Source: Camelus ferus (Eukaryota). From it: a stretch of DNA of 64,000 nucleotides. The notes beneath the pieces are model-generated. The model made no database searches. It was given only the letters and a program-made list of their open reading frames with translations, and was not told the DNA's origin. Below, one piece after another: positions 40,935 to 53,823 of the stretch (positions are counted from its first letter, which is position 1; each line of letters starts with the position of its first letter). The DNA is taken from contig NC_045697.1 in the NCBI RefSeq assembly GCF_009834535.1, forward strand, positions 37,078,001 through 37,142,000, given 5' to 3'. The position numbers and the translations under genes are program-made.

Positions 40935-41865
40935 CAGTCTGTTCCCTAGTCCCAGTGCTGTCCTCTCTCCTGGGTTCCAGATGCACATAGCCAATTACTG
41001 ACTCGATAACTCCTCCTGGAGGACACACAGAACCCTCAGTTCATGAGGTCCCCAAATGAGCCTGGAGACCTGCTCCTCCTCCAGTGTCCGTGTACCAACT
41101 GCTCAAGCCCCAGACCTGGAAGTCACTTTGACTCCTTCCTCTGGCTCTACACTGTCCATGTTCTGCTTCCTCATGAACCCTCCCCCCACTCCATCTCCAT
41201 GACCACCACCAAGGTCAACCTCGCATCACTTCTCACTTGGACAGCTACCACAGCTTCTTGACTGGCCTAGCCTTGTCCATTCTGCCTTCCTTCTAATCCA
41301 CGCTCCACACAGCAGCCAGATAAATTATTGTTTAAAACTCCCATAAACCCAATTATGTCACTCCATAGCTTGCTGCCAACCAGTGGCTTCGTGTTGCCCT
41401 TAGGGAGAAGTCCAGTCAATAACGAGGACTAACAGGCCCTGAGTGCTCTGGCCTCTGCCCACATCACTTTGCATCACTCTCCCCTTCACTCTGGCACAGC
41501 CTTGTTGGTCTCGGCCATGAGCTAAGTCCTTTTCCGTCTCAGATCTTGGCACGGGCAGTTCTCCCTGCCTGGAATGCTCTCTCCTGGGATCCCTACCTCT
41601 TCACTTAGTGAATGGCCATGCATTATGTGAGGTCTCAGATCCATACCAGATTACCTTTGGCCCCCGTAGCTCACTGTACTCGTCCTTTGACACCTTCATC
41701 TGCTTTCTAATTACCTGCTAAACTGTAAGTTCATTGAAGGCCGCCCCCCCTCTGTCTTGTTCCTTTCTGTATTCCCCAGGCCTGGCACAGAACTTGGCAC
41801 ATATTCACTCGATGACACGATCCTTCATTCATTTACTCACTAACTCAAAAATATTTGTTGATCTC
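40935..41865 (+). mobile_element. L2 remnant
   Basis: CTCCACACAGCAGCCAGA, CCTGCCTGGAATGCTCT, CCTGGCACAG motifs. Confidence 0.75.
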
Positions 41866-42081
41866 CCTGTCCTCATTTACAGTTCAGTGGTGGGGAAGGA
41901 CTTGGTAAACTAAGTACCCAAATAGTCACTTCATAAGAGTTCTGATCAGGGCTGCAAGTAGAAGAAGGGACTTAAGAACATACATTAAAGTGGGATCCGG
42001 CCTTATCTTGGAGGGATGAGGAGGAGGGAAAGTGAGCTTTCTATCAAGGACATAAATAGGAACGTTTTTGCCATCTCAGCA

Positions 42082-42176
42082 TTTTTTTTTTTTTTAATGG
42101 AGGCCCAGGGGATTGAACCTAGGACCTCGTGCACGCCAAGCATGGGCTCTACCACTGAGCTATACTCCCTACTCCA
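42082..42176 (-). mobile_element. tRNA-Ala-derived SINE (short form)
   Basis: tRNA-like body plus poly(A); TSD GCCATCTCAGCATT (42070-42083) / GCCATCTCAACGTT (42177-42190). Confidence 0.9.
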
Positions 42177-43863
42177 GCCATCTCAACGTTAACCTTCCCC
42201 TGCACCACAACCCCTAGCCTTACAATGGACCAACAATTATAAACCCAGTGTGAGACAGTTCAATTCAATTGAAATCTTTTCTAAACCCATTGGTTACCAT
42301 AGTGCTGTCTTCTTAGAGCCTCTGATGTCATAAAAAATAATCTAGGAATTTGCTGCTAATTCCTCTGCCTCTCCCTCCACCATTTTCCTGTGCAGTTTTC
42401 TACCCTCAGACTCTCTCTGCCGTCTTAGGGTGGTTCTGTGCTCGTTGGAACTTGGGTGGAACAAGGCTCCATACACCAAGCTATACATGCCCCCCCCATC
42501 CACCACCCCCTGGGCTCCTGAACTGGGTCACCATGGAGAAGGGAGGCTGTGGCGGCCCGTTTGAGCTTGCAGCCTGTGGCAGCCCGAGGACAAAGAGCCA
42601 GAGGGGCTCTGAGAGGGTAAGGGGGCGGGCAGTCTTAGGGTGCTTGCCTTAAAGCTCTCTTTACACAAATAAAAAGAGTAGTTTCTAAAATTGCTTTTAT
42701 TCAAGTTTATATAAAATTGAAGGAATATATACATAATGAAAGAATAAGAACACTGAGGAGGGCTTGAGGGCAGCTCTGATGACGATTAAGGGGTGGTTAG
42801 CCACCTACTAATTCTCCTCCACACCAGCCATCCTTTGACATCAGCTGTTGCTTGCAACCTGCTAATATCCTCGAGATGCGATGAGCCTTTGCTGGCAGCT
42901 AGGCGCTGCTCTGTCTTAGAAAGTCAGCCCAGGAACAATGATAAAGTTCCTGGCTGGAATTTGGCGATCAGAGACTTCATTTTGTGGGTCTTCATCTTTG
43001 GACAGCCAGATTTCTTGAGAGCAAACCTCCACCTCCCTTACCCACAAGGTAAGAATTTCATGGGGAATCTTTGGGCAGAAGGCTGGGGGGAGCCCACCCC
43101 ACCCAGACCCAGCCAGGTCCAGGCTTCTTACCTGAGTGGATACGTAATCCCCATGTATGGAAACCCTTTGGAGAATGCTTTACTTCCTGTCCAGAGCAAC
43201 AAGCTGGCCACAAGGGGGAAGCATCACACAGAGAGAGCGCTCTGGCTGGGCCTGCTCTTTGTTCTGACTTTCCTATTGTCATCCAGGAAAGGGAGGCAGG
43301 TGAGGCCCACGACAGGCGGCTGCTGTTCAGCTGTGACCAGGTCTGCCTGCGGTCTGATCATGGCCATGTAGCTCATGGACACGCTATGAATAGTAATTAA
43401 CATTCAGAAATATGCAGGATCTAATTTATTAATGAAATTAAGCAAATCACTGAAAAAGATGAGGATAGGTGGCAAATTTGTAGATTCAGAAGATTCATCA
43501 TTAGTTGAAAACTTGGAATCAGAAGATCTGGTTCCAGTGCTGGCCCTGAAGTGAACTCACTGGGACGTCTTTTAGCCTCATGGTCCCCAAAGTCTCTTTT
43601 TCATGGTCCCCAAAGTCTCTGTCTCATTACAAGGCTGGTGTGAGGATGAAGCAAGAGAATATGGGCGAAAGCACTTAGAAAAATGGCAAAGCAGGACTGG
43701 AAGTTTACTGGCACTACAATTTAGGTGAGTGAAGAAACTGCAGCTCATTATTTATACTGTTGTGATCTTTCCAAGGTGGGTAGTGCTTGTGTGTGTGACT
43801 CAATTTAGTTTAAATCTAACTTAGTTTAAATAGCTCAATTTAATCATTTAGACCATTTCTTTG

Positions 43864-43962
43864 GACCATGGTCCCAATTGTCCTGGTTCACCAGGACTTT
43901 CCCAGTTTTAAAACTCAAGTCCAGTGCCTGGGAATCCCCCTCAGTCCCAGGAAAACCAGGAC
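43864..43962. mobile_element. MER94-like hAT-Blackjack remnant
   Basis: GTCCTGGTTCACCAGGACTTTCCCAGTTTTAAAACT...CCCCTCAGTCCCAGGAAAACCAGGAC. Confidence 0.6.
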
Positions 43963-44529
43963 TCAGCTCAACACAAGTCTCTTTGGGACCAATGCTCAGG
44001 CTTTCCAACCCCTCTCCTCCTCTCTTCTTTAAGAGGGCACTGGTGGTTTGCCTGACTCAGCAGTGAAGAGGAGCCCAGGTCTTTGGGTCCCCGTGGAATC
44101 CTCTGGATCCTGTCTACCTGTCTTGAGGGTAGCAGACCGGGGCAGCTTCGGAGACAGCTTGGACTCCCACCCTCTCTGGCTCTTGTTTGGGGCCTTTGAT
44201 CTCAAAGTCTCTATCTACTCCATCTAGCTTTGCCCTCAGGCCAGGTCCCCAGCCCTTATGCCCCTGCAGGATGTCTCTCTAGGCTGGGGCACTTCTGGTC
44301 ACCTGCTCACTATGCGGGGGACTGGGAGAACCAAAAGTCCTGCCTTAGGCTCATTTGATTACCCTCCACTGCCACAATGTCCATCCCTGCTCTTGTCATT
44401 TAGAAGTGACAGCATCAGGTGTGGGCTTTCCCCAGAGACTTGAAACCTCCCCCCAGGATGTCAGGGGAAGCGTGCGCTAGCCCAGATGTATTCAGTCTTC
44501 CTCGTTCATATCTGGGTGTTTATCCTGCC

Positions 44530-45078
44530 TGGGATAGGCAGAATTCTAAGATGACCCCACGGTGATTCCTGGCCCACGGTGAACTCACACCTACTCCTAG
44601 TACTCAGTAAAACACTAATCCAGGGGCTGCTGTGAAGGGATTTTGCAGATCAGTTGACCTCAAGAGAGGGAGATGACCCAGGTGGGCCAGATCTACTTAC
44701 ATGAGCCCTTTTGTGGAGGCTGGAGACAGAGCAGTCAGAGATTGAAAGCATGAGGCACACGACAAGGACCTGAGGGCAGCCTGCATTGCTGAGACAACCC
44801 CGGGTGACAGCTAGCAGGACAGCAGGACCCTCATCCTCCGACTGCAAAAAAAGGAATTCTAACAGCTAGAACAAGCTTTGAAGCAGATCTTCCCCTAGCT
44901 GATCCTCCAGGTAGAAACAGAGCCAGCTGGACCCTTGACTTCTGCTTCACGAGACCTTGAACTGAGGATCAGCTAGAACATGTTGGGCTCCTGACCCATG
45001 GAAACTAAGATAATGAGTCTGTGTTATTTTAAGCCACTAAGTTTGTGGTAGTTTGTTACACAGCGTAGAAAATCAGTA
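44530..45078 (+). mobile_element. MaLR solo LTR (MLT1D/E-like)
   Basis: GGCAGAATTCTAAGATGACCCC...TTTTAAGCCACTAAGTTTGTGGTAGTTTGTTACACAGC. Confidence 0.85.
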
Positions 45079-47029
45079 TGATGCCCTTCCTTAGGGAAAG
45101 GACCCCAAGATGGGGAAGGAAGCGCTGTTTTTACCTTCCTTCCTTCTCAGCCCTTTTCCTCCTTTTTTCTCCCTATCATTCTCCCAGTTGGAAGGGGCAG
45201 GCTTTCCCTCCCCTAGAACAACCAGCCCTGTGGCCTTGCTGCCACGTGAGAAGGATTCTTCTCTACAGTTTCAAGGAAATCTATGATCCAAGACCTCTAG
45301 ACACGAATCGACTCCTGCTCTGGATGTTCTAGAATGACTTGGAACTGAAGACAGCCAATGGTTAATATGGTGGTTTACTAGTCCCCAAATATTTTCCCAT
45401 TATATGCTCACTACAAAGATGTAAATATTTATACATGACTGGTAAATGCAGAAAAGCTGGTGTTGTTTCTGAACAATGAGCAAAATAATTTTTACTGCTT
45501 ACCACTAGGGGCACTCAGCAATGTTTTAGGGTCTATTAGAAGTCACAGAATCAAAGTAGTGCTTTATACTGAAGGGTTGATTTTACTCATAGATTAAAAG
45601 AAGCTAAGTGCTTTTGATATGTCATTTAAAGCATATTTGTAGTATTTAAAAGAAATAGTTATCGGTTTTGGAGAAGAATGGAATATATGCATGAAATTTC
45701 AAGACAAAAACAGGTGATTTCAAAGCGTTCATAGACTTGTCTTAGGCTCTGATGTGGGACTCCAGGACCACGTGACCCTTCTCTTCTACCATTGCCAACC
45801 CACTGGGAGATATTTTTAGAAGTCCATTGCCCATCCATATGGAGGAAAGGAAAGGGGAGGGAGAAAGGAGGAGGAGTTGCCACCTAGGAATTTATGGGAA
45901 GACTGAAGAATTGGTTGCAGTGAGATTGGTTCACTGCCATGGTTAAAGTCATAGAATCATAAAATATTCAAACTGAGAGCTTTATGAGCTAGTTTTTGGG
46001 TACATAAATGATACTATGCTTTCTTTTGGTCCTTTTTTGGTACATTTTTGGGGTACATTTTTGAGGTACATTTGGTACATTTTCAAATATTCAACCAGAG
46101 GTGCCTTTCCCTCAGGGAGGGTCAGGATTTTATGGTTGGAATACACAGAGAAATAAGGAGTCAAAGTTGAGGATTTGGTGGCCAAAATAGACTCTTGATG
46201 CCCATTGCAGCAGTAGCTTTTGGGAAAGCCACACATTGAATTACAAGAGCCAGGCCCTTGAGAGAAAAAATAATGTATTTTTCCAAATGCCAAAAGCTTG
46301 TCTTTAAATATTCAGTACCAGAGCTTGGAGGACTGAACATAATTGTTTTTTTTCCTCTAAACTAAAGAGTTAGAAGAATGTAGGCTATGACAAATTCAAT
46401 TTCCTGCCATACAGGAAGGCAATTTCAAATTTTCTGAACTAGCAGGAGGAGTTTGGGGGGAAAGGAGAGAAGGGAGTTAGACAAAGTAAAGGACCCTGGG
46501 AGAAGGTGGGCAAGGGACACTCTGTGGGCAGGTTTAGGGGTGAGAAGACAGAAGAAGTTTCTACCCCATATCCTGTGGGGAGGGAGCTTGGCAAGTTTCC
46601 TATACGATGAAAGGTTAAATTAAATCCTTAAATTCTGTGAGATCTTCCAGGTCTGAAATTCTATGATTCTAAATCTTCTTATGCAGATTGGGTGGATATT
46701 TTAAAAATCCAGATTATTAGCTTTGCTGGGATTTTCTGAGTTTCTTCTGATTGTAAACTATCTGTCGTATTGAGGTTATAGGAATTACAGAGGGGTGTGA
46801 GGTAGGGATCAAGATTCCTCTGCTCATGACTCCCTTTTCTATCCTGAATTGAGGTGTGGATTGTCAGCTCTGAGGACCACTATGGGAACTCTGAGTCTCA
46901 GAAGCATTTGGATTTTCTTCTTTGTACTTAGAGAGTAATTCCGGGAAGCATAACTGAGATCAGTGGGGAAAAAATATCCCAGTGAGGAGATCCACAGCAA
47001 CTTTTGATCAACTCTTAATTTTATACTTC

Positions 47030-47495
47030 ATTTTTTAAAAAGAGCTGGGGTACAGGTTATGTACCCTATACATTCACCCATTTAAAGTGTACAATTCCAT
47101 GGTTGCTAGTATAGTTACAGATATGTGCAGCCATCAACATGGTCAATTTTAAAACGTTTTCATCACCCCAAAATGAAGCACCATATGCCTCGGCTATCAT
47201 CCCCTTCCTCCCCAGAACCCTTCTCCTTCAGTTGATTTACAATATTGTGTTATTTTCACCTGTCCAGCAAAGTAATTCAGCTATACATATATAGATAGAT
47301 AGATACATGTTTCCCAATTCTTTTCCATTATAAGTTATTACAAGATGTTGAATACAGTTCCCTGTGCAATATAGTAAATCCTTGTTGCTTATCAGTTTTA
47401 TATATAGTGTTGTATAATCCATAGTATTGATATGCCATATCTTATCTATCCATTTGTCAGATGATGGGCATTTGTATTGTTTCCAATTCTTCATT
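47030..47495 (-). mobile_element. Adjacent or nested L1 3' fragments (L1MB-like plus younger L1)
   Basis: ATTCACCCATTTAAAGTGTACAATTC, then TGATTTACAAT...AGTTCCCTGTGCAATATAGTA. Confidence 0.75.
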
Positions 47496-49095
47496 TTATG
47501 TGTCCTGTAGTGCCTGGGATTCTACCACTAGGCACCAAACAATAAGACCCATTTCCCTTTCCTGAAGACATAGGTGGCTTAGGAAAACCTGGTATGTATG
47601 GGACTCAGACAAATCAAGTTCCGTATTGTCAAGTGATGTGTCATGTTGCTCATGACAGAACTTCAAGGATGCTGAGCGTCTTATGTTCCCTCAGAGGTGA
47701 TCAGGATCAGGAAACTCGACTTACATTTACCAAATTTACTAGAAACACTAACCAAAACCACCTAATAAGTCAGGAAGCTATTTTATGAATTTGCAATATC
47801 TCCAGACAGACCTGGAATCAGGAGTTGGCTGGTTAATACATGCTCTGCCTGTAGGAAAGTCTACATGAGAAGTCAGATTACTACCAGAAGGTTGCTTTGT
47901 GAGTATCGCTGCAGGTCCAGAGGACTGGATAACTCTAAGGAATTGACATGTAAGCTGTAATAGCTGAACACACTTTGATGTGTCTGATAGGCATTCTTTT
48001 GTTCAGGACACTCTACTTCTCAGTAGTGCTGGATTAACACTGACCAACTCTTGCTGTTTTCACCATTTCCTTCCCATTGCAAATTGACCCCTGGCTTTCT
48101 CTGTACACTGAGATTTTATTATGTAATCATTTAGAACAGTAATAGCCAAACTTTTTTTTATTGTGCACCCCTGTGATTAAAACTTTTTGGGTGCTAACCA
48201 CACATATATTTATTTGTTTATAAATTATATTGCATGTACTACTATCAATTTGTATATTAAAATGAATGTTTATTTATTTCTCTAAATTAAAGTGAATCTA
48301 AATGGAAATGTTATTATTTTTTTTTTCTATGCCCTAGATTGTCTTGTCTTCTCCATTTAAAGAACACGGTTTTAGAATTTTGTGTTTTTGCGTTAAATCC
48401 ATCCCAGACCTAAAGTTACACTTTAGTCATCTGATTTTTCACTTGGATTGACTCTTATTTGTACCGACCTTACAAATCCATCTTTTAAAGCAGGTTATTT
48501 AGATGAGATCAGAAAGGCTACTTTATCTGTTTTATATTAATTCCATTACTTTCTATTTTAAGTAAGGTGACATTTTCTATTCATTTCCCGAAAATCCAAG
48601 GGGCAGTCTATTGTAGCCTTCTAGTCACAGACTAAAATCTTACAGGGGAGCTAATGTTCTGCACTTAGGCTTCTCTGAGAAGAGAAATGGTGGCAGATGA
48701 GTTTCTGGGGGTGGCACTCCTAGCAGGAATGTGGGTTAATGGCACCAAGATGGTGAAATTTGGGTTAGTAATAGAACTTGGAAGTTGGCAAGAATCATTG
48801 AGAGGGAAAGCTCTCAGAAGCAGGCAGCACTCTGCCTGCCTAACTATGCTCCCTAATGTATTGATTGAACTGAAGAGATGCTCAGAGGAACTGAAGTGAA
48901 GTGGATCCCCAGAGCAGAGAACATGATGGTTCCAGAAAATTTGGTGGTCATAATTGAGAGACACCAGTAAATTCGGATTTAGGAACCCTGGAGAGAACAC
49001 TTCGGGCTCAAAATAAAGGATGGTTGGGTTCCAGATGAAAAGGAACCTGCTTCCTGAGAGACCAAGCTTGCTAAAAGATAAAATTCTATCCTTGG

Positions 49096-49290
49096 ACTAT
49101 ATCAGCAATTTTTAATGTTGGTTGCAAATCTGAATCATCAGAGGAGCAGTTAAAATTCCTGACGCCTTAGTCACACCCTCCAGAGATTCCAACTTCATTT
49201 GTCTGGGCTGAGGCTTGGCTAATGGGATTTTTTCACTTTTTTAAACTACAGATGATTCTAATATGCCAAGGTTGGGAACCACTGGACTAG
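49096..49290. mobile_element. MER5A-like hAT MITE
   Basis: GAATCATCAGAGGAGC...CCCTCCAGAGATTC...GATGATTCTAATATGCCAAGGTTGGGAACCACTG. Confidence 0.8.
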
Positions 49291-50235
49291 AGGGTAGAAG
49301 AAAAGAGTTACTTAAGAAGTTACAGGAGGAAACTTGGAGGGAAGAAGAGGGACCCGGAACAGCCTAAGCAATCCTAGAAGTGTGAACCACGGAACATTTC
49401 ATGACCTCATGGAAGAGCTTTCCATGACACTGTGAAGAGGGTATTTGGAAAGAGAAGGCAGTAGGGGAAAGGCTGGGATTTCTATGGCACCTCAAGAAGG
49501 TGGCCATGGAACTTTCTACTTGGGGGCTACCTTTGGTCTTGGTTACAACAGTAGCTGGGACCCAGTACTGCTTTGAGAGTATAGTGCAGGACGCAGAGAA
49601 GAGGCTCCATCAATGGCATCTTCATTTGGATTCTTTTCCTTTTCAGTCTTCTCTGGCCTCACTGCACAGGGATACTCCATCTTATGTCCCTTCCATTCCA
49701 CCATTTTCCAGGCATAGGAAGGAAGGCAAGAGAATGGCTTCTCCTGATCTAGAAAGACCTGGGAGCATCTGGTGTATGATCTTCGGTAGGCATGGGAGTG
49801 AGTATTTAGCAGCTGCATTTCCCAAAGTGAATTCCTTGGATGTTGCTTCCTCAAGACGTTCTCCTCTGTATCCATGCAAGCTTGGGAAATGCAGGGAGCT
49901 TCAGTACCCTCGTTGAGATTCACACTGCCCCTCAGGAGAGAAAATGCTCTGAGATCTCCCGCAGAAAGAGACCTGTTTGTTTTTCTTTAACCCTCGTGTT
50001 CCAACTCATCTGGCCATGGAATTGTTTTTTTCTGTTCAGCACATTAACATCTTGCCTCTTTCTCATGACACACTTTTGGGAAACTGCCCCAGAAACTACA
50101 ATCAGTGGCTTCATTCACAAAGGACAAAGAAGGCAGCTGCATCCTGTACACACGAAACAGGGCAAGAACCCCAGTTGGGCCCTGGCCTCTCGCTGAAACT
50201 GTGCCCTTTTCCACCCCCTCCGCCGCCCTCCTTCC

Positions 50236-50251
50236 CGTTGCCATGGCAACG
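50236..50251. promoter_or_regulatory. Perfect palindromic RFX X-box
   Basis: CGTTGCCATGGCAACG, next to a GC-box-like tract at 50211-50231. Confidence 0.65.
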
Positions 50252-50840
50252 CCCCTAGAGAGTTAGGACCAGGCCCTCTATTTCTTTCCTACACCCCTCC
50301 TCCCTACCCCCCTTTGTGTCTAGAAGAGTGCTGAACACGCAGTAGGTGATGTTTTGAAACATTGATTGATTGAGAGTTTGAGGGGGTTCATTTGAACTGT
50401 CTGCAGGTGGGCTGGGGAGGAGGAGACAGCATCCCATGGTTTGCTTCTCTGTATCTGGGAGAAGAGCAGGCGAGAGGGTGGGAGAGTGCAGGTCTGGAAG
50501 CTCACACAGCCTTGGCATTGCCTGGGTCTTGTGTTTTGTTTTGTTTTTAAAGTTTGATCACAAATATTTCACAAATTAAGGATGGCGAAGGGCACATCCA
50601 GAAAAGAAAACATTTTTATCTCTTGGTATGTTTGGTTCAGGGGTGAATTTTTCTGTCAATAGAATTTCTGGTCATGTTGCTTGCTAGGATGTTGTTTTTA
50701 TAATAAATAATTTTCTTTTAAGTTTGGGAAGAAAAGCGTGTCCTACTTTCTCCTCTGTCTCTAACTGGTGACCATGTTTTCAAAGACCCAAACCAGGACA
50801 CAGCCTGATTAATGGCCTCATAGGATATTTGACATACACA

Positions 50841-50872
<32 letters not shown>
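50841..50872. repeat. (GT)13(GC)3 microsatellite
   Basis: Read directly. Confidence 0.9.
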
Positions 50873-50876
50873 TTAG

Positions 50877-51085
50877 ATTTATTTTTTTATGGAGGTAACA
50901 TTGGTTTATAACACTATGTATGTTTCATGTGTAAAGCGTTATACTTCTACTTCTATATACTTATACTCTACAGTGTGCTCACCACCAGAAATTTAGTTTC
51001 CATCTGTCACCTAGTGACCCCCTTTACCCATTTGGTCCTCCTCCCCATCCCCCACCCCTTTCCCTCTGGTAAACTCTACTCCGAT
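50877..51085 (-). mobile_element. Short L1 3' end
   Basis: TTTTTATGGAGGTAACATTGGTTTATAACA...CTCACCACCAGAAATTTAGTTTCCATC...CCCTCTGGTAA. Confidence 0.75.
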
Positions 51086-51889
51086 CTGGGGTAGTGTATT
51101 AGAAATGAGGGTGCCAGCCTGAGAAAATCAAGTGTCCTAGCTGTCATGCCTGGATGCCTCATGAGCGGCACCGTTTCTGAACTACAAAGACAGTGAAGCC
51201 AATTTTGGTATCCACTGATGAAACCTGGTACTACCCATATATCTTCTAAATTGATTCCACATTTAAAAATTTATTTATTGCTGCAAAGTCGAGAGCAGCC
51301 TTCCCAGAGAGGGGGAAAAGACAGAAATTCTGTTCAGTGTCTAAGTGCATGAAAGACCTGGTTATCTCCAGTCTGCTCTGCTTCCCCAGCCCGGGCTCAG
51401 GCACGCTATGAATGAAGGGTTTGTGGGCATCTGCTTGATGCAAACCCAGTGCCTGGGAAAGCCTCACACTGCAGGTTCTGTCTCCCGGTCGGCTGAGAAG
51501 GCTTCCCAGGGTCTGAAAGTGCCAATTCTTAAGGCGTGAGCCCTGGTGGAAGGATAATTTAAATCAGCCAGTTCTCATTTTCTTAAGTGTGAAAAAAGGC
51601 GGGAGATTAAAAGTGTATGCTGTGTGCATGTGATGGGCTAGCATTTGTGGAGTATATGCTATGTGCTGAGAATTTTATCTATATACCTATAAGATAAGAT
51701 ACCTATATCTAATAAATAGATATCAATTTACACATCTCTATCTGTATGTCTCTATATATAAAATATATAGAGACATACAGATATATATGTTTATTTCAGA
51801 TACATATCTGTCTATACATCACTATATATCTGCATATGTATCAATATATCTATATTTCTCATTTTCTTTTATGTTTACAACTTTGTTTT

Positions 51890-52362
51890 TTTAAAAAACA
51901 TTTTATTTTTTATTTTTTGATTGTGGGAGGTAATTAGGTTCATTTTATTTTTTATTTTCAAACAACTTTATTATGGTATAAATTCTGTACAGTAAACTAC
52001 ACATATTTCAGATGTACAATTTGATGAATTTTGATAGTTGTATACATCTGTGAAACCACTGCCACAATCAAGATACCTAACATTTTCATCTCTCCCCACG
52101 AGGTGCAGATTTTGGACTCCCCATTTATCCCTTCCCACCCCCTTTTCTCACTGGTAACCATAAGTCTGTTCAGTATGTCTGTGAGTCTATTTCTGGTTTG
52201 TAAATAAGTTCATTTGTGTCTTTTTTTTAGATTCCACATATAAGCGATATCATATGATATTTCTCTTTCTGGCTTACTTCACTTAGAATGATGATCTCCA
52301 GGTCCATCCATGTTGCTGCAAATGACATTGGTTTATTCTTTTTTATGGCTGAGTAATATTCC

Positions 52363-52415
<53 letters not shown>

Positions 52416-53823
52416 ACCACATCTTCTTTATCCAGTCATCTATTGATGGACACTTAGTCTGTTTCCATGTTTTGGCTATTGTAAATAGTGCTTCCATGAA
52501 CATTGGGGTGTATGTGCTTTTTTGAATTATATTTTCCTTCAGGCATATATGCCCAGGAGTGGGATTGCTGGATCACATGGTAAGTTTATTTTTAGTTTTT
52601 TAGGGAACCTCCATACTGTCCTCCATAGTAGCGGCATCAATTTACATTCCCACCAACAGTACACCAGGGTTCCTTTTTCTCCACACCCTCTCCAGCATTT
52701 ATTGTTTGTGGACTTTTTAATCATGGCCATTCTGACTGGTGTGAGGTGATATCTCATTGTAGTTTTGATTTACATTTCTCTGACAGTTAGCAATGTTGAG
52801 CATCTTTTCATGTGCTTGTTGGCCATCTGGATATCTTCTTTAGAGAGATGTCTATTTAGGTCTTCTGCCCATTTTTTGATTGGAAATTAGTTCCTTATTG
52901 GTCACATCATTTGTAAATATTTTCTCCCATTCTGTAGGTTGTCTTTCATTTTGTTGATAGTATCCTGTGCAAAAGCTTTTAAGTTTAATTAGGTCCCATT
53001 TGTTTATTTTTGCTTTTATTTCCATTACTCTTAAGAGCTGGTTTGAGAAAAATATTGTTAATTTATGTTAAAGAGTGTTCTGCCTATGTTTTTCTCTAGG
53101 AGTTTTATACTATGTGGTTTTACTTTTAGATCTTTAATACATTTCAAGTTTATTTTTGTATATGATGTTAGAGGATGTTCTAATTTCAGTCTTTTCCAGG
53201 TAGCTGTCCAGTTTTCCCAGCACCACTTATTGAAGAGACTGTCCTTTCTCCACATTATATATTCTTGCCTCCTTTGTCATAGATTAATTGGCCATAAGTG
53301 CATGGGTTTATTTCTGGACTTTCTATCCTGTTCCATTGATCTATGTATCTGTTTTTGTGCCAGTACCATACTGTTTTGATTACTGTAGCTTTGTAGTATA
53401 GTCTGAAGTCAGGGAGCATGATACTCCCCCAGCTCTGTTCTTTTTCAAAATTGTTTTGGCTATTCAGGGTCTTTTGTGTTTCCATAAAAATTTCAACATT
53501 TTTTTTTTTTTTTTTGGTTCCAGCTCTGTGAAAAATGTCATTAGCAATTTGATAGGGACTGCATTGACTCTGTATGTTGCCTTGGGCAGTATGGTCATTT
53601 TAATGATATTGATTCTTCCAATCTAAGAATACGGTATATCTTTCCATCTATTTATGTCATCTTGAGTTTCTTTCATCAGTGTCTTATGGTTTTTGGTGTA
53701 CAGATCCTTTGCCTCCATCGGTTTGTTTGTTTGTTTGTTTATTTAAGGAAGGTCTGGGGATTGAACCCAGGACCTCATGCATACTAAGCCTGTGCCCTAC
53801 CACTGAGCTATACCCTCTCCTCC
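51890..53823 (-). mobile_element. tRNA-Ala SINE split by a 5'-truncated L1 (~51941-53719)
   Basis: SINE head 53720-53823; SINE 3' motif GGGAGGTAATTAGGTT at 51925-51940; L1 ORF2 C-terminal peptides ([23 protein letters not shown]) lie between. Confidence 0.85.
52366..52413. repeat. (TG)n microsatellite inside an L1 fragment
   Basis: Read directly. Confidence 0.95.

Noticed and set aside
42793..43371. 192-aa ORF as a novel gene
   Set aside because: GTG start, no recognisable domain or exon structure; such ORFs are expected by chance
44053..44062. ARE/MARE-like motifs (TGACTCAGCA here; TGCTGAGTCAGC at 40576-40587)
   Set aside because: Isolated short motifs, one inside an old LTR; no supporting context
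46036..46085. Four GGTACATTT units as an array or CRISPR-like repeat
   Set aside because: Short slippage repeat with no spacers, in a eukaryotic context
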